A DNA stretch of 63,704 nt, the filler included. It is 5 parts of 5 records of this genome, joined end to end, with 100 filler letters (N's around TTAATTAATTAA, not from the genome) between each part and the next. Parts side by side here need not be neighbours in the genome. Positions count along the whole stretch, not along the records: positions 1 to 14,702 come from DRR723986_4979; positions 14,803 to 36,850 come from DRR723986_4984; 3 more parts are not named here. One strand, given 5' to 3'. The notes beneath the pieces are model-generated. The model was not told where the DNA came from and did not search any database. It worked only from the letters and a program-made list of their open reading frames with translations. This document shows, one piece after another, positions 9,825 through 18,992 of this stretch. The position numbers and the translations under genes are program-made. Numbering within the stretch: position 1 is the first letter of the stretch; every line of letters starts with the position of its first letter.

Positions 9825-10639
9825 CGGCCCGCGACTTCGACGGGCAAACCGCCATCGTCCTCGGCGCGGGGGCCATCGCCACGGGCATCGGCATCGGGCG
9901 GGCCATCAGCATCGCGCTGGCCCGGGGCGGGGCGCATGTGGTGGCCGCCGACGCGAACCTTGCCGCTGCCGAAGAGACCGTGGCCCTGATCCGCGACGAG
10001 GGCGGGCAGGCCGAGGCGCGGGTGGTGGACGTGCTGGACGACGACAGCCTCACCGGGCTGATCGCGGGCGTGGACCGCGACCGGGGCCGTATCGACATCC
10101 TGCAATGCAACGTGGGCCTTGGCAAAAGCGGGCCCTCCGGGGACACCAGCGCCGCCGACTGGCGCCGGATCAGCGACGCCAACCTGACCTCGCTGCATGT
10201 GGCGGCGCAGGCGGCCCTGCCCGCGATGCGGCGGCAGGGCAGGGGGGTGATCACTGTCACCTCTTCGATCGCGTCGATCCGGCACGTGGGCTTTCCGCAT
10301 CTGGCCTACGGCGCGACCAAGGCGGGCGCGAACCAGTTCGCCCGCGCGCTGGCGGTAGAGCTTGCGCCCGAAGGCATCCGCATCAACGCCATCGTCGCCG
10401 GGCTGATCGACACGCCGCGCATCGGCGTGACGCTCGCCCGGAGCTACGGCAGCCAGACGGAGGCCGGGATGCGCGCCGCCCGCGCCCGCCAGTGTCCCAT
10501 GGGCCGCATGGGCAGCGCGTGGGACATCGCCGAGGCGGCGGTCTTCCTCGCGTCGGACCGCGCGGCATACATCACCGGCACCCAAATCGTCGTGGATGGC
10601 GGCCTGTCGGCCAGCGTCCGGCAGGCAGTGGATGGGTAA
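9821..10639 (+). CDS. SDR-family oxidoreductase
   Basis: 'GIGIGRAIS', 'YGATK', 'PMGRMGSAWDIAEAAVFLASD..YITG..VDGG'. Confidence 0.9.
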   Translation: MTARDFDGQTAIVLGAGAIATGIGIGRAISIALARGGAHVVAADANLAAAEETVALIRDEGGQAEARVVDVLDDDSLTGLIAGVDRDRGRIDILQCNVGLGKSGPSGDTSAADWRRISDANLTSLHVAAQAALPAMRRQGRGVITVTSSIASIRHVGFPHLAYGATKAGANQFARALAVELAPEGIRINAIVAGLIDTPRIGVTLARSYGSQTEAGMRAARARQCPMGRMGSAWDIAEAAVFLASDRAAYITGTQIVVDGGLSASVRQAVDG

Positions 10640-10671
10640 CGCCAGAGTTTCGTGAACGGGAAAGGTCAGAC

Positions 10672-11667
10672 ATGACACAAGACATGAACGCCGTCTTCGC
10701 GCGGGGGCCCGGCGGCCCGGACGTGCTCGAATTGCGCGCGGTGCCGATGCCCCGGCCCGGTCCCGGAGAGGTGCTGATCCGCGTTCAGGCGGCAGGCGTG
10801 AACCGTCCCGACCTGCGCCAGCGCGCGGGAGGATACCCGCCCCCGCCCGGCATCACCGAAGCGCTGGGGCTGGAATGCGCGGGCGAGATCGCCGCGATCG
10901 GCGAGGGGGTGACCGGCTGGGCCCCGGGCGACCGGGCCTGCGCGCTGGTCGCCGGCGGCGGCTATGCCGAGTTCTGCGTCGCTCCTGCAGAGCAGGTTCT
11001 GCCATGGCCCGACGCGCTGTCCGCCGTCGAGGCCGCGGCCCTGCCGGAGACGCTCTTTACCGTCTGGTCGAACCTCTTTTCCATCGGCGGCCTGTCCAAG
11101 GGGCAAAGCGTCCTGATCCATGGCGGCGCCAGCGGCATCGGCACCACCGCGATCCAGCTTGCCAGACATTTCGGCGCCCGGGTCTTCGTCACCGCGGGAA
11201 CCGACGCCAAATGCGCCGCCTGCCGCGATCTTGGCGCCGAGGCCGCGATCAACTACCGCAGCCAGCGGTTCGAGAAAGAGGTCATGGCGCTGACCGGGGG
11301 GCGTGGGGTGGACGTGATCCTCGACATGGTCTGCGCAGACTACCTTGCCCGCAACCTTTCCTGCCTCGCGAGCGGCGGGCGGCTGGTGGTCATCGCCTTT
11401 CTCGGCGGCGGGAAGACCGAGGTCGACATAGAGGCCATGGTGCGCCGCCGCCAGACCCTGACGGGCAGCACCCTGCGTCCGCAAAGCCCCGCCGAGAAGG
11501 GGCGGATCGCGGAGGACCTGCGCCGCCACGTCTGGCCCCTGATCGCGACGGGCGCCTTCCGCCCGCAGATACAGGCCGTACACCCGCTGAAGCACGCGGC
11601 AGAGGCACACCGAGAGCTCGAAGCCGGAGAGCATGTCGGCAAGATCGTCCTGTCGGTGAGCGGGTAG
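10672..11667 (+). CDS. NAD(P)H-quinone oxidoreductase (PIG3/MDR family)
   Basis: 'AAGVNRPD..QR.G.YPPPPG', 'LPETLFTVWSN', 'HGGASGIG', 'HVGKIVL'. Confidence 0.9.
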   Translation: MTQDMNAVFARGPGGPDVLELRAVPMPRPGPGEVLIRVQAAGVNRPDLRQRAGGYPPPPGITEALGLECAGEIAAIGEGVTGWAPGDRACALVAGGGYAEFCVAPAEQVLPWPDALSAVEAAALPETLFTVWSNLFSIGGLSKGQSVLIHGGASGIGTTAIQLARHFGARVFVTAGTDAKCAACRDLGAEAAINYRSQRFEKEVMALTGGRGVDVILDMVCADYLARNLSCLASGGRLVVIAFLGGGKTEVDIEAMVRRRQTLTGSTLRPQSPAEKGRIAEDLRRHVWPLIATGAFRPQIQAVHPLKHAAEAHRELEAGEHVGKIVLSVSG

Positions 11668-11842
11668 GGCGGCGCGGGGGCGGCTTCGGGCGGGGGCCGC
11701 TCCGACTGGCTGCGCCCTGCGCCCCGATCCCCCGCGTCCGAAGAGGGTCCTACAAGGGCGCCCGAGGTGTCCGCCGGGCCGGGTCGTGCCCCCTTGGCGC
11801 GATCTGCCTTGGCGGACTCCGTGGTCGCCCGTCGCCCCGGGC

Positions 11843-12973
11843 CTAGTCGGTGACGAGGGTTTCGACCCCGTCGCGCAGGCCCCCGGTCGCCGTCAGCCCG
11901 GCGGAAAGGAAGGTCAGGCTGGCGCGATGGCCCGGGCGGACGAGTCCGAGCGCCTGTTCCATCCCCATGACCCGGGCGGGAACGTGGCTGGCCATGGCGA
12001 TGGCGGCCTCGGGGCGGCAGCCGGCTCTGTGGACCATAGTGGCCACGGCCTCGTCCAGACCCAGATGCGCGCCCGCAAGCGTGCCGTCGGGGCCGGTCAA
12101 ACGGCCCTCGGACAGGTTCACCGGCGTTCCCAGAAGGTCGAACGCGCGGACCGTACCGGCATAGCTCCTCATGGCGTCGGAGACGAGGAACAGGCGATCC
12201 GGCATCATCCGCGCCGCAAGGGCAAGATTGATCGGATCGACGTGGTGCCCGTCGGCGATGATCCCGGCAAAGAGCCTGTCGTGGGTCAAGGTGCGGCTGA
12301 CGATGCCCGGCGCGCGCCCCGCCGGGGGCGGCATGGCGTTCCACAGATGGGTAACACCGACCAGTCCGCCATCCGCCGCGTGGTCCAGTTCGGCCGCCGT
12401 GGCGATGCTGTGACCGGCGAACAGCCGCACCCCCGCCAAGGCCAGACGGGACAGAAGCGCGGGATCCTGCGCCTCGGGCGCCAGCGTCAGAAGCAAGGGG
12501 ATGCCGGCAGTGGCAAGGGTCTCTGCATCGGCGGCGCTCAGGGGGCGGATCGCGGCGGCGGGGTGGATGCCGGGCCGCGACGGCGACAGGAACGGCCCCT
12601 CGAGGTGCAGGCCCAGAACCCCGGGCACCCGGCGGCGCAGCGCTTCGCGGGTGGCGCACAGCGCCTGCGTCCAGCCGTCTCCGGGCGCGGTGATGAAGGT
12701 GGGCAGGATGTGCATCGCCCCGCCCCGGGCGGCGCCTTCGGCGATGCGGGCCATGGCCTCTGGCGAAGGGTCGTCGTTCAACTGGACATCCGCCGCCCCG
12801 TTGATCTGCAGGTCGATGAAGCCGGGGGCGACGATCTCGACCTGCCGGGCGTCGGTGGGGGGCGGCACCTCGTCGCGGACCGCGACGATGCGGCCTCCGG
12901 CGACCTCGATCAGGCAGCCGCGCCGGGCCGGCCCGCCGGTTCCGTCATACAGGATGTCCGCATGGATGCGCAT
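11843..12973 (-). CDS. nagA: N-acetylglucosamine-6-phosphate deacetylase
   Basis: 'PGFIDLQING', 'LGLHLEGPFL', 'THLWNAM', 'IADGHHVDP', 'LVSDAM', 'TLAG'. Confidence 0.92.
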   Translation of the reverse strand: MRIHADILYDGTGGPARRGCLIEVAGGRIVAVRDEVPPPTDARQVEIVAPGFIDLQINGAADVQLNDDPSPEAMARIAEGAARGGAMHILPTFITAPGDGWTQALCATREALRRRVPGVLGLHLEGPFLSPSRPGIHPAAAIRPLSAADAETLATAGIPLLLTLAPEAQDPALLSRLALAGVRLFAGHSIATAAELDHAADGGLVGVTHLWNAMPPPAGRAPGIVSRTLTHDRLFAGIIADGHHVDPINLALAARMMPDRLFLVSDAMRSYAGTVRAFDLLGTPVNLSEGRLTGPDGTLAGAHLGLDEAVATMVHRAGCRPEAAIAMASHVPARVMGMEQALGLVRPGHRASLTFLSAGLTATGGLRDGVETLVTD

Positions 12974-13100
12974 GGCTGTGGTCCCTCTTCGGCGCGCTTG
13001 CACGGTTTCACGACCCGCCCGAAGGGTCAATTCGCTCAGGCCGCCACCAGCGGGCGGACCGGGGGGGGGTGGCGTCCGGGCCGGTCGGATCGCCGCGACG

Positions 13101-14036
13101 CTATTTGCGGGCGAGGTCCGTCCCGATCTGTCGTCGCCGTTCGCGGTGAAACACATAGGCGCCCGAGGCAAGGATGATCGCGGCGCCCAGGAATGTCAGG
13201 CCGTCGGGCATCTCGTCGAACAGCAGCAGGCCGACGAGGATCGCGCCCACGATCTCGAGGTACTGGAACGGCGCCAGCGTGCTCGCTTCGGCGCGCGAGA
13301 AGGCGAAGGTGATCAGCAGGAACGCCAGCATGGCCAGCCCGCCCGCGAGGATCACGAGGGGCAGCACCCAGCCGGGCAGGGGGGCGGCGGGGGCGGGGGC
13401 CGCGATCAGGCCCGAGACCAGCAGGACGCCCAGCATGAGCGCACCGCCATAAAGCGAGGCTCCGAACTGGAACCCCAGCGCCGACTGGCGCCGCGTCGCC
13501 TTGCGCAGGACGATCATGTTCAGGGCGTAGGCCAGCGCGGCGAGGACCGGCAGCAGCACCACGGGGCCATAGGTCGCGAAATTCGGGCGGATGACGATCA
13601 GCGCTCCGACGAGGCCTGCCGCCACGGCGGCAAAGCGGCGCGGGCCGGGGACCTCTCCGAGGAAGGGCGCCGCCAGCAGGGTCAGGAGCAGCGGCTCGAC
13701 GAAGAAGATGGCGATGGCGGTCGCGATGGGCATGGACTGGAACGCCGTCACTAGCGAGAGGGTGACGGTCAGGATCAGCAGCGACGACAGCAGCGAATGC
13801 ACCGTCAGGACGGGGCCGTGGATGCGCCGCCGCAGCACCAGCGCCATGGGCACGAAGAAGGCGGTCTGCGCCAGAGCGCGCCAGCCGGTGACCTCCAGCG
13901 GGGTGGCGACCTCTGTCAGCGTCTTGGAAATCGCGTCGCCGATCGGCAGCAGGGCCATGGCGAAGATCATCGCGATCATGCCGATCCGCTGGTCGGCGGA
14001 GGACGACGGGGAAGACACCAGTGTGGCATGGGCCAT
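13101..14036 (-). CDS. DMT/EamA-family transporter
   Basis: About 10 TM segments with 'IATAIAIFFVEPL', 'GALIVIRP', 'ASTLAPFQYLEI'; ATG follows AGAGGAGG. Confidence 0.88.
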   Translation of the reverse strand: MAHATLVSSPSSSADQRIGMIAMIFAMALLPIGDAISKTLTEVATPLEVTGWRALAQTAFFVPMALVLRRRIHGPVLTVHSLLSSLLILTVTLSLVTAFQSMPIATAIAIFFVEPLLLTLLAAPFLGEVPGPRRFAAVAAGLVGALIVIRPNFATYGPVVLLPVLAALAYALNMIVLRKATRRQSALGFQFGASLYGGALMLGVLLVSGLIAAPAPAAPLPGWVLPLVILAGGLAMLAFLLITFAFSRAEASTLAPFQYLEIVGAILVGLLLFDEMPDGLTFLGAAIILASGAYVFHRERRRQIGTDLARK

Positions 14037-14304
14037 GGGAAACCTCCTCTGGCACCGGCGGGCGGTGCTGGAACAGATCCGGGCGTTCGGGACTCGTTTC
14101 GGGGGGCGCCGGATGACGCCATCACCCGGGACAGCCCCGTGGTAGAGGCGGCAGGGGGCCGGGTCAAGCAACCGGATGCCGCCGCGCCTTTCGCTGCGGT
14201 GAAAGGCGGGGGCAAGGCGCCCCTGCGCATGTCCGAAGGCGGGCCGCGCCAAGCGCACTGCACGCCGGCCTTGGAGCTGCACCAAGGCCGGCGCTGCGGG
14301 TCGT

Positions 14305-14702
14305 CTATTCGGCCAGATGGCAGGCCACGCGGGTCTGCCCGAGGCGGCGCATCTCGGGCCGCGTGGTGCGGCAGACCTCCTGCGCGAGCGGGCAGCGCGG
14401 ATGAAAGGCGCAGCCGGGCGGCGGGTTGATCGGGTCGGGGATCTCGCCCTCGGGCGGGGCGACCTCGCGACCAAAGCCGTCCATCCGGGGCGCCGCCTGA
14501 AGCAGCATCTGGGTGTAGGGGTGTTTCGGCCCGTCGAACAGCGCATCCGGCGCGGCCTCTTCGACCAGCCGACCAAGGTAGAGCACCCCGATCCGGTCGG
14601 CCATATGGCGCACCACCGTCAGGTCGTGGCTGATGAAGACATAGGTCAGGCCGAATTCGTCCTTGAGGTCGCTCATCAGGTTCAGCACCTGCGCCTGCAC
14701 CG
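14305..14702 (-). CDS. Oligopeptide/dipeptide ABC transporter ATP-binding protein, C-terminal fragment
   Basis: 'QAQVLNLM..L', 'FISHDL', 'PKHPYTQ', 'PPPGCAFHPRCP..C'; truncated by the spacer. Confidence 0.9.
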
Positions 14703-14802
14703 NNNNNNNNNNNNNNNNNNNNNNNNNNNNNNNNNNNNNNNNNNNNTTAATTAATTAANNNNNNNNNNNNNNNNNNNNNNNNNNNNNNNNNNNNNNNNNN
14801 NN
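14703..14802. other. Artificial contig spacer
   Basis: N44-TTAATTAATTAA-N44 (stop codons in all six frames), with an abrupt GC change across it. Confidence 0.98.
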
Positions 14803-14887
14803 GTGACAAACAAGAAACTCAAAAAGCAAGCTACAAGCGCCAAGCGAAGGAGCGCTGCAATGCTTGTGAAACTTAACATTACAAATG

Positions 14888-14915
14888 CAAATGCACCCGG
14901 CAGTTGGTGCATTTG
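14888..14915 (-). terminator. Possible terminator hairpin downstream of the PCPP-protein gene
   Basis: CAAATGCACC-N8-GGTGCATTTG is a perfect 10-bp stem; the U-tract is weak. Confidence 0.35.
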
Positions 14916-14957
14916 TTAACATTTCCGCAATGATCTCAGTCGGCAGTTGAATGCGAA

Positions 14958-15512
14958 TCAGGTGTTTAACCCGTTGGCCTGGCCGCAGGGAGGGCATGGA
15001 AGGCCACGCTCGAATTCCGTCGATCCGATTGGAAGACCGCTACTATCAACTGGCCGAACTATCACGACAGCTTTTGAGTTCTCTACGCCAAATGTGAAGC
15101 GAATATCTGTCACACCGGTTGCCGCCAACAATGTGTTAAAATTGTCCTGCCCGATAAAATGTCCATTACCATAGGATGAGTAACTAGCGCGCCAGGAACT
15201 GGTATAAGCGCCCGCAGTGGTCTCGGAGACCGTGGCAGAATTTCCATCCATGTAGATGTCACCAATGTAGTCGTCTTCACTTGATTCGGTGGCAACGATG
15301 ACCGCCTTGATCGCCGATGCTGCGCTATCCCAGCCAAAATAACAGCGGATACCTTTGATATTGCTCGAAGACTGATTTAACAGTCCAGAGATTTGGCTGG
15401 TTGGAAAATCGACGTAAGCTACCTGACCGGGAAAGTCGCGAGCGAAGTCGGTTTGCATAGTTTGTGAGTCAGTTGCAGAAATCGCAACGCCTTCACTTCC
15501 GTTAAAACTCAT
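14958..15512 (-). CDS. Hypothetical protein with two tandem 'GIR-Y/F-FG' domains and a C-terminal PCPPC motif
   Basis: ATG at 15512 follows GGAGG. The two halves align (IKGIRCYFG / VTDIRFTFG); the protein ends 'GLPCPPCGQANGLNT'. Confidence 0.75.
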   Translation of the reverse strand: MSFNGSEGVAISATDSQTMQTDFARDFPGQVAYVDFPTSQISGLLNQSSSNIKGIRCYFGWDSAASAIKAVIVATESSEDDYIGDIYMDGNSATVSETTAGAYTSSWRASYSSYGNGHFIGQDNFNTLLAATGVTDIRFTFGVENSKAVVIVRPVDSSGLPIGSTEFERGLPCPPCGQANGLNT

Positions 15513-15682
15513 TGTCTGGTCCTCCAAAATGATTAAACATATTGTACAGCTATAGACGCCTGAGCCGGAAATACGTCTCTCCCATTTCGACCAACAAACA
15601 ACTGAATCTGGCCAACGTTACCAATGCGTAAACGAAGCAGCAGGCATTTTGGGCAATGCAGAACCGCCAAATTTCCAGAATG

Positions 15683-17017
15683 TTAATCTATGAGAGCTGT
15701 CAGAGCCGCATCGACTTTGTCAAATCCAAATCGCCCCATCTCTACTTTCAACATTTCAGCGATGTGCGCGTTACCCAGGTTGCCGAGGCTTCCAAGATGT
15801 TTGTGTTGCAGGTTGCGGTCGGCCACAAAACTGCCGTCGCCAACTTCGGTGGCTACCTGGCGGTAGGCGTCGCGGAAAGGCACGCCTTCACCGACGAGAT
15901 TGTTAACACGTTCAACTGTAAATGCAGGGTCGTAGACTTCGTCCTGCATGATATTATCACGTGGAATTATCTGGCCAATCGTAGCGCGCATCATACTTAA
16001 ACATTCCTCCAGGTTCTGCATGGCGGGCAAGAGACTCTCTTTGAGCAGCTGCAAGTCGCGATGGTAACCGGAGGGCAGGTTCGCACAGATGAGTGTCAGT
16101 TCGTTGGGCAGGGCCTGCAGCTTATTACAACGCGCGCGCAATAATTCAAAGACATCCGGATTGTGTTTATGCGGCATGATCGACGACCCAGTACTCAAAG
16201 CAGGCGGCAGAGAGATAAACTTAACATCATCACAAGCGTAAAAGCAGATATCGGCCGACATCCTGGCGAGTGTTCCGGCTATGGCTGCCATTGCACCTGC
16301 ACTTGCACGTTCTACACGGCCACGCGTCATCTGTGCATGGACGACATTAACATTTGCGGCTTCAAAACCAAGCAATCCACTTGTTAACATTCTATCGATC
16401 GGCAGTGAGCTACCATAACCCGCCGCGGAACCCAGAGGATTGCGATTGGCACGCCGGTATGCAGCCTGCAGGTCAAACAAGTCTTCTCCAAGGCCTTCGG
16501 CGTAGGCCGCAAACCACAAACCAAAAGACGAAGGCATTGCCACCTGCATATGTGTGTATCCAGGCAGAAGTTTATCGGCATGTTTTGCTGATAGTTCCAG
16601 CAGATCGAATCCGAGGGCAGCGGTCTGTTCGGCAATTCGCTGAATACTAGCGCGCAGCAGCATCTTAATATCAACTAAAACCTGATCGTTGCGCGAACGC
16701 GCGGTGTGAATCTTTTTACCTATGTCCCCCAGCTCCTCGGTCAGCAGCATTTCAACCTGCGAGTGCACATCCTCTACGCCGGGCTCAATCTCAAAAGTCC
16801 CGGCGCGCGCTTTGGCCAGCAGCGTTTTAAGAGCTGCAAACAGCCTGGCATTTTCGCTTTCTTCCAATAGCCCGACAGTTGTTAACATTTGTGCATGTGC
16901 AATCGAGCCCAGAATATCAAATTCTGCAAGTTGAAGATCCAGACGTGCATCATCGCCACTCGTGAACTCCTCAACAGCACGATCGAGCGTCACACCTTTT
17001 TCCCAAAGCTTAGACAT
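15683..17017 (-). CDS. argH: Argininosuccinate lyase
   Basis: 'EDVHSQVE', 'IHTARSRNDQ', 'PGYTHMQ', 'STGSSIMPHKHNPD'. Confidence 0.96.
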   Translation of the reverse strand: MSKLWEKGVTLDRAVEEFTSGDDARLDLQLAEFDILGSIAHAQMLTTVGLLEESENARLFAALKTLLAKARAGTFEIEPGVEDVHSQVEMLLTEELGDIGKKIHTARSRNDQVLVDIKMLLRASIQRIAEQTAALGFDLLELSAKHADKLLPGYTHMQVAMPSSFGLWFAAYAEGLGEDLFDLQAAYRRANRNPLGSAAGYGSSLPIDRMLTSGLLGFEAANVNVVHAQMTRGRVERASAGAMAAIAGTLARMSADICFYACDDVKFISLPPALSTGSSIMPHKHNPDVFELLRARCNKLQALPNELTLICANLPSGYHRDLQLLKESLLPAMQNLEECLSMMRATIGQIIPRDNIMQDEVYDPAFTVERVNNLVGEGVPFRDAYRQVATEVGDGSFVADRNLQHKHLGSLGNLGNAHIAEMLKVEMGRFGFDKVDAALTALID

Positions 17018-17062
17018 AAGAGTTAAACCTTCCAGCCGGGCTTACCGACAATTCACAATTCG

Positions 17063-18166
17063 TTAAATATTCCAATTTTCTTCGCACAACGTCATTAAGA
17101 GAGCATTGTAGCCGTGCAGCCCCTGGCGCAAATCCTCCAGCGTGACATACTCATCAGCGGTATGCGAGCGTTCTGAGCGCCCGGGCCCCATCTTTATTGA
17201 TGGCATGCTTAAGAGCGCCTGATCCGACATCGTTGGCGAGCCAAAACACTTGAGGTTCAACTTTTCGGCGGAGCGGACAATCGGGTGGTCCGGTCCAATA
17301 TGTGAAGAGCGTAAACGCATGGAGCGCGGCTTAACATCTGACTGTATATTTGAACGAATTTCGCCGACGACTTCTTCGAGCGTATAAACATCAGTGACGC
17401 GAACATCAACTACAAATTCACAGCGATCGGGAATCACGTTGTGCTGTGTTCCAGCTTGAATTTGAGTGACGGTCATCTTAATATTGCCGAGGAGTTCAGA
17501 GGTCCGCGGAAACACAAATGAATGCAGCCAATTAATATCGGCCAGTGCAATTTCAATCGCGTTAACTCCGATTGAGCGTGCAGCGTGTCCCGAGCGGCCA
17601 TGCGCTGTGCAGTCAAGTACCAGCAGGCCCTTCTCTCCTGTTGCCGGCTGCATTTCCGTCGGCTCGCCAATAATGGCAGCATCAATTTTGGGCAGTGCCG
17701 TGATTAACTTGCTCATACCACCCGGTCCGGCAGTCTCCTCTTCAGCACCAGCGCCAAAGACGAGGTTGATTGGCAGGCCTGCAGCATCATACCAGGCGAT
17801 AAATGTTAATACCAGGCAGACCAATGCGCCACCGGCATCGTTACTCCCCAGGCCATAGAGTTTGCCGTCTTCGACTTCAGGTTTAAAGGGATCGCGCGTC
17901 CAGTCGCGATTGGGCCGCACGGTGTCGTGATGCGAATGTAGCAGGACCGTCGGTTTGTTGACGTCATAATTTTTGTTTTGAGCCCAAACATTGTTGCCCA
18001 GGCGCACAGCTTTGATGTCATGCGACTCCAGCAGCGCCTGCATCAGGTCTGCCGTCTTGTCTTCTTCGCGGCTAAACGATTGGATGCTGATTAAGTTCGA
18101 GAGCGTCTCGACTGCTTGCTTCAAGCGTTCTTCGAGTTCGTTACCCACAAGGGATTTTATCTGCAT
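17063..18166 (-). CDS. argE: M20-family deacylase (acetylornithine/acyl-citrulline deacylase)
   Basis: 'HSHHDTV', 'LYGLGSNDAG', 'EEE', 'GEPT', 'RSHTADE'; located inside the arg operon. Confidence 0.88.
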   Translation of the reverse strand: MQIKSLVGNELEERLKQAVETLSNLISIQSFSREEDKTADLMQALLESHDIKAVRLGNNVWAQNKNYDVNKPTVLLHSHHDTVRPNRDWTRDPFKPEVEDGKLYGLGSNDAGGALVCLVLTFIAWYDAAGLPINLVFGAGAEEETAGPGGMSKLITALPKIDAAIIGEPTEMQPATGEKGLLVLDCTAHGRSGHAARSIGVNAIEIALADINWLHSFVFPRTSELLGNIKMTVTQIQAGTQHNVIPDRCEFVVDVRVTDVYTLEEVVGEIRSNIQSDVKPRSMRLRSSHIGPDHPIVRSAEKLNLKCFGSPTMSDQALLSMPSIKMGPGRSERSHTADEYVTLEDLRQGLHGYNALLMTLCEENWNI

Positions 18167-18176
18167 AGTAGTTTTC

Positions 18177-18992
18177 TTAGATAATTGTAGTTCCAAGGTT
18201 CTTAGCACGCCACTGTTCAGCCAGGGCATCAAAGGCACAGATGCTGACGTTCTTAACGCCGGCTCTGCGGGCTCTAAATGCGTTTTCAAGCTTGGGCAAC
18301 ATGCCGCGGTGGATTGCACCGTCGTCTCTTAATTTGGCATATGTCTTCGCATCCAGCTCCTTAACAAGCGAAGAATGATCTGCAATGTCGCGTAGCACAC
18401 CGGGCAACTCAAAGCAGTAGCTTAGGGTGCAAGTTTGGATGTCGCTTTGACTTAAGGCACTTGCGATGTCGGCGGCAATTGTGTCAGCATTTGTGTTAAA
18501 CAGCTGGCCGGCTCCGTCATGTGTTAATGAACAAATAACTGGTGTCAGGTTCAGGTCAAACAGACTGTTAAAAGCGGCGACATTAACGGACTCAACATCG
18601 CCAACAAACCCAAAGTCTATCGGCGTTTGGCTGCGCCGGCGGGCGCGCAAGATGTTCATATCGGCTCCGCTGAGCCCCAAGGCGTTAACTCCACGGGCCT
18701 GCAGCTCGGCGACTAGTCGTTTATTGATTGAACCCGCATAGACCATCGTCACAACATCCAGTGTTGCAGCATCTGTGATTCTGCGGCCCTCGTGTTTGAC
18801 TTCGGGAACTCCAAGCCTGGCACTTACGCGCCCGGCTTGTGCGCCACCGCCATGCACCAGAATCACATGATCTGTGGCCTGGGCATTCGCCTGTGTCAAC
18901 TGGACCAGCTGCGCCAATGCAATATCGCGTTTAACAGGGTCATCAAGAATACCGCTGCCAAACTTAACCACGTGTACTGTGCGGGACATCAC
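18177..18992 (-). CDS. argB: Acetylglutamate kinase
   Basis: 'VVKFG', 'LVHGGG', 'GRRITD', 'NTNAD', 'GMLPKL'. Confidence 0.93.
   Translation of the reverse strand: MMSRTVHVVKFGSGILDDPVKRDIALAQLVQLTQANAQATDHVILVHGGGAQAGRVSARLGVPEVKHEGRRITDAATLDVVTMVYAGSINKRLVAELQARGVNALGLSGADMNILRARRRSQTPIDFGFVGDVESVNVAAFNSLFDLNLTPVICSLTHDGAGQLFNTNADTIAADIASALSQSDIQTCTLSYCFELPGVLRDIADHSSLVKELDAKTYAKLRDDGAIHRGMLPKLENAFRARRAGVKNVSICAFDALAEQWRAKNLGTTII

Noticed and set aside
446-14754. Many long overlapping or antisense ORFs in segment 1 (e.g. 2507-3928, 3871-5175, 6572-8497, 11786-13177) and long N-terminal extensions (3750-5978, 9730-11667)
   Set aside because: These are shadow ORFs caused by very high GC. They are Arg/Gly/Pro-rich with no motifs and overlap well-supported genes.
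14747-14758. TTAATTAATTAA as a biological repeat or transposon target site
   Set aside because: It is identical in all four gaps and centred in N runs, so it is an assembly linker.
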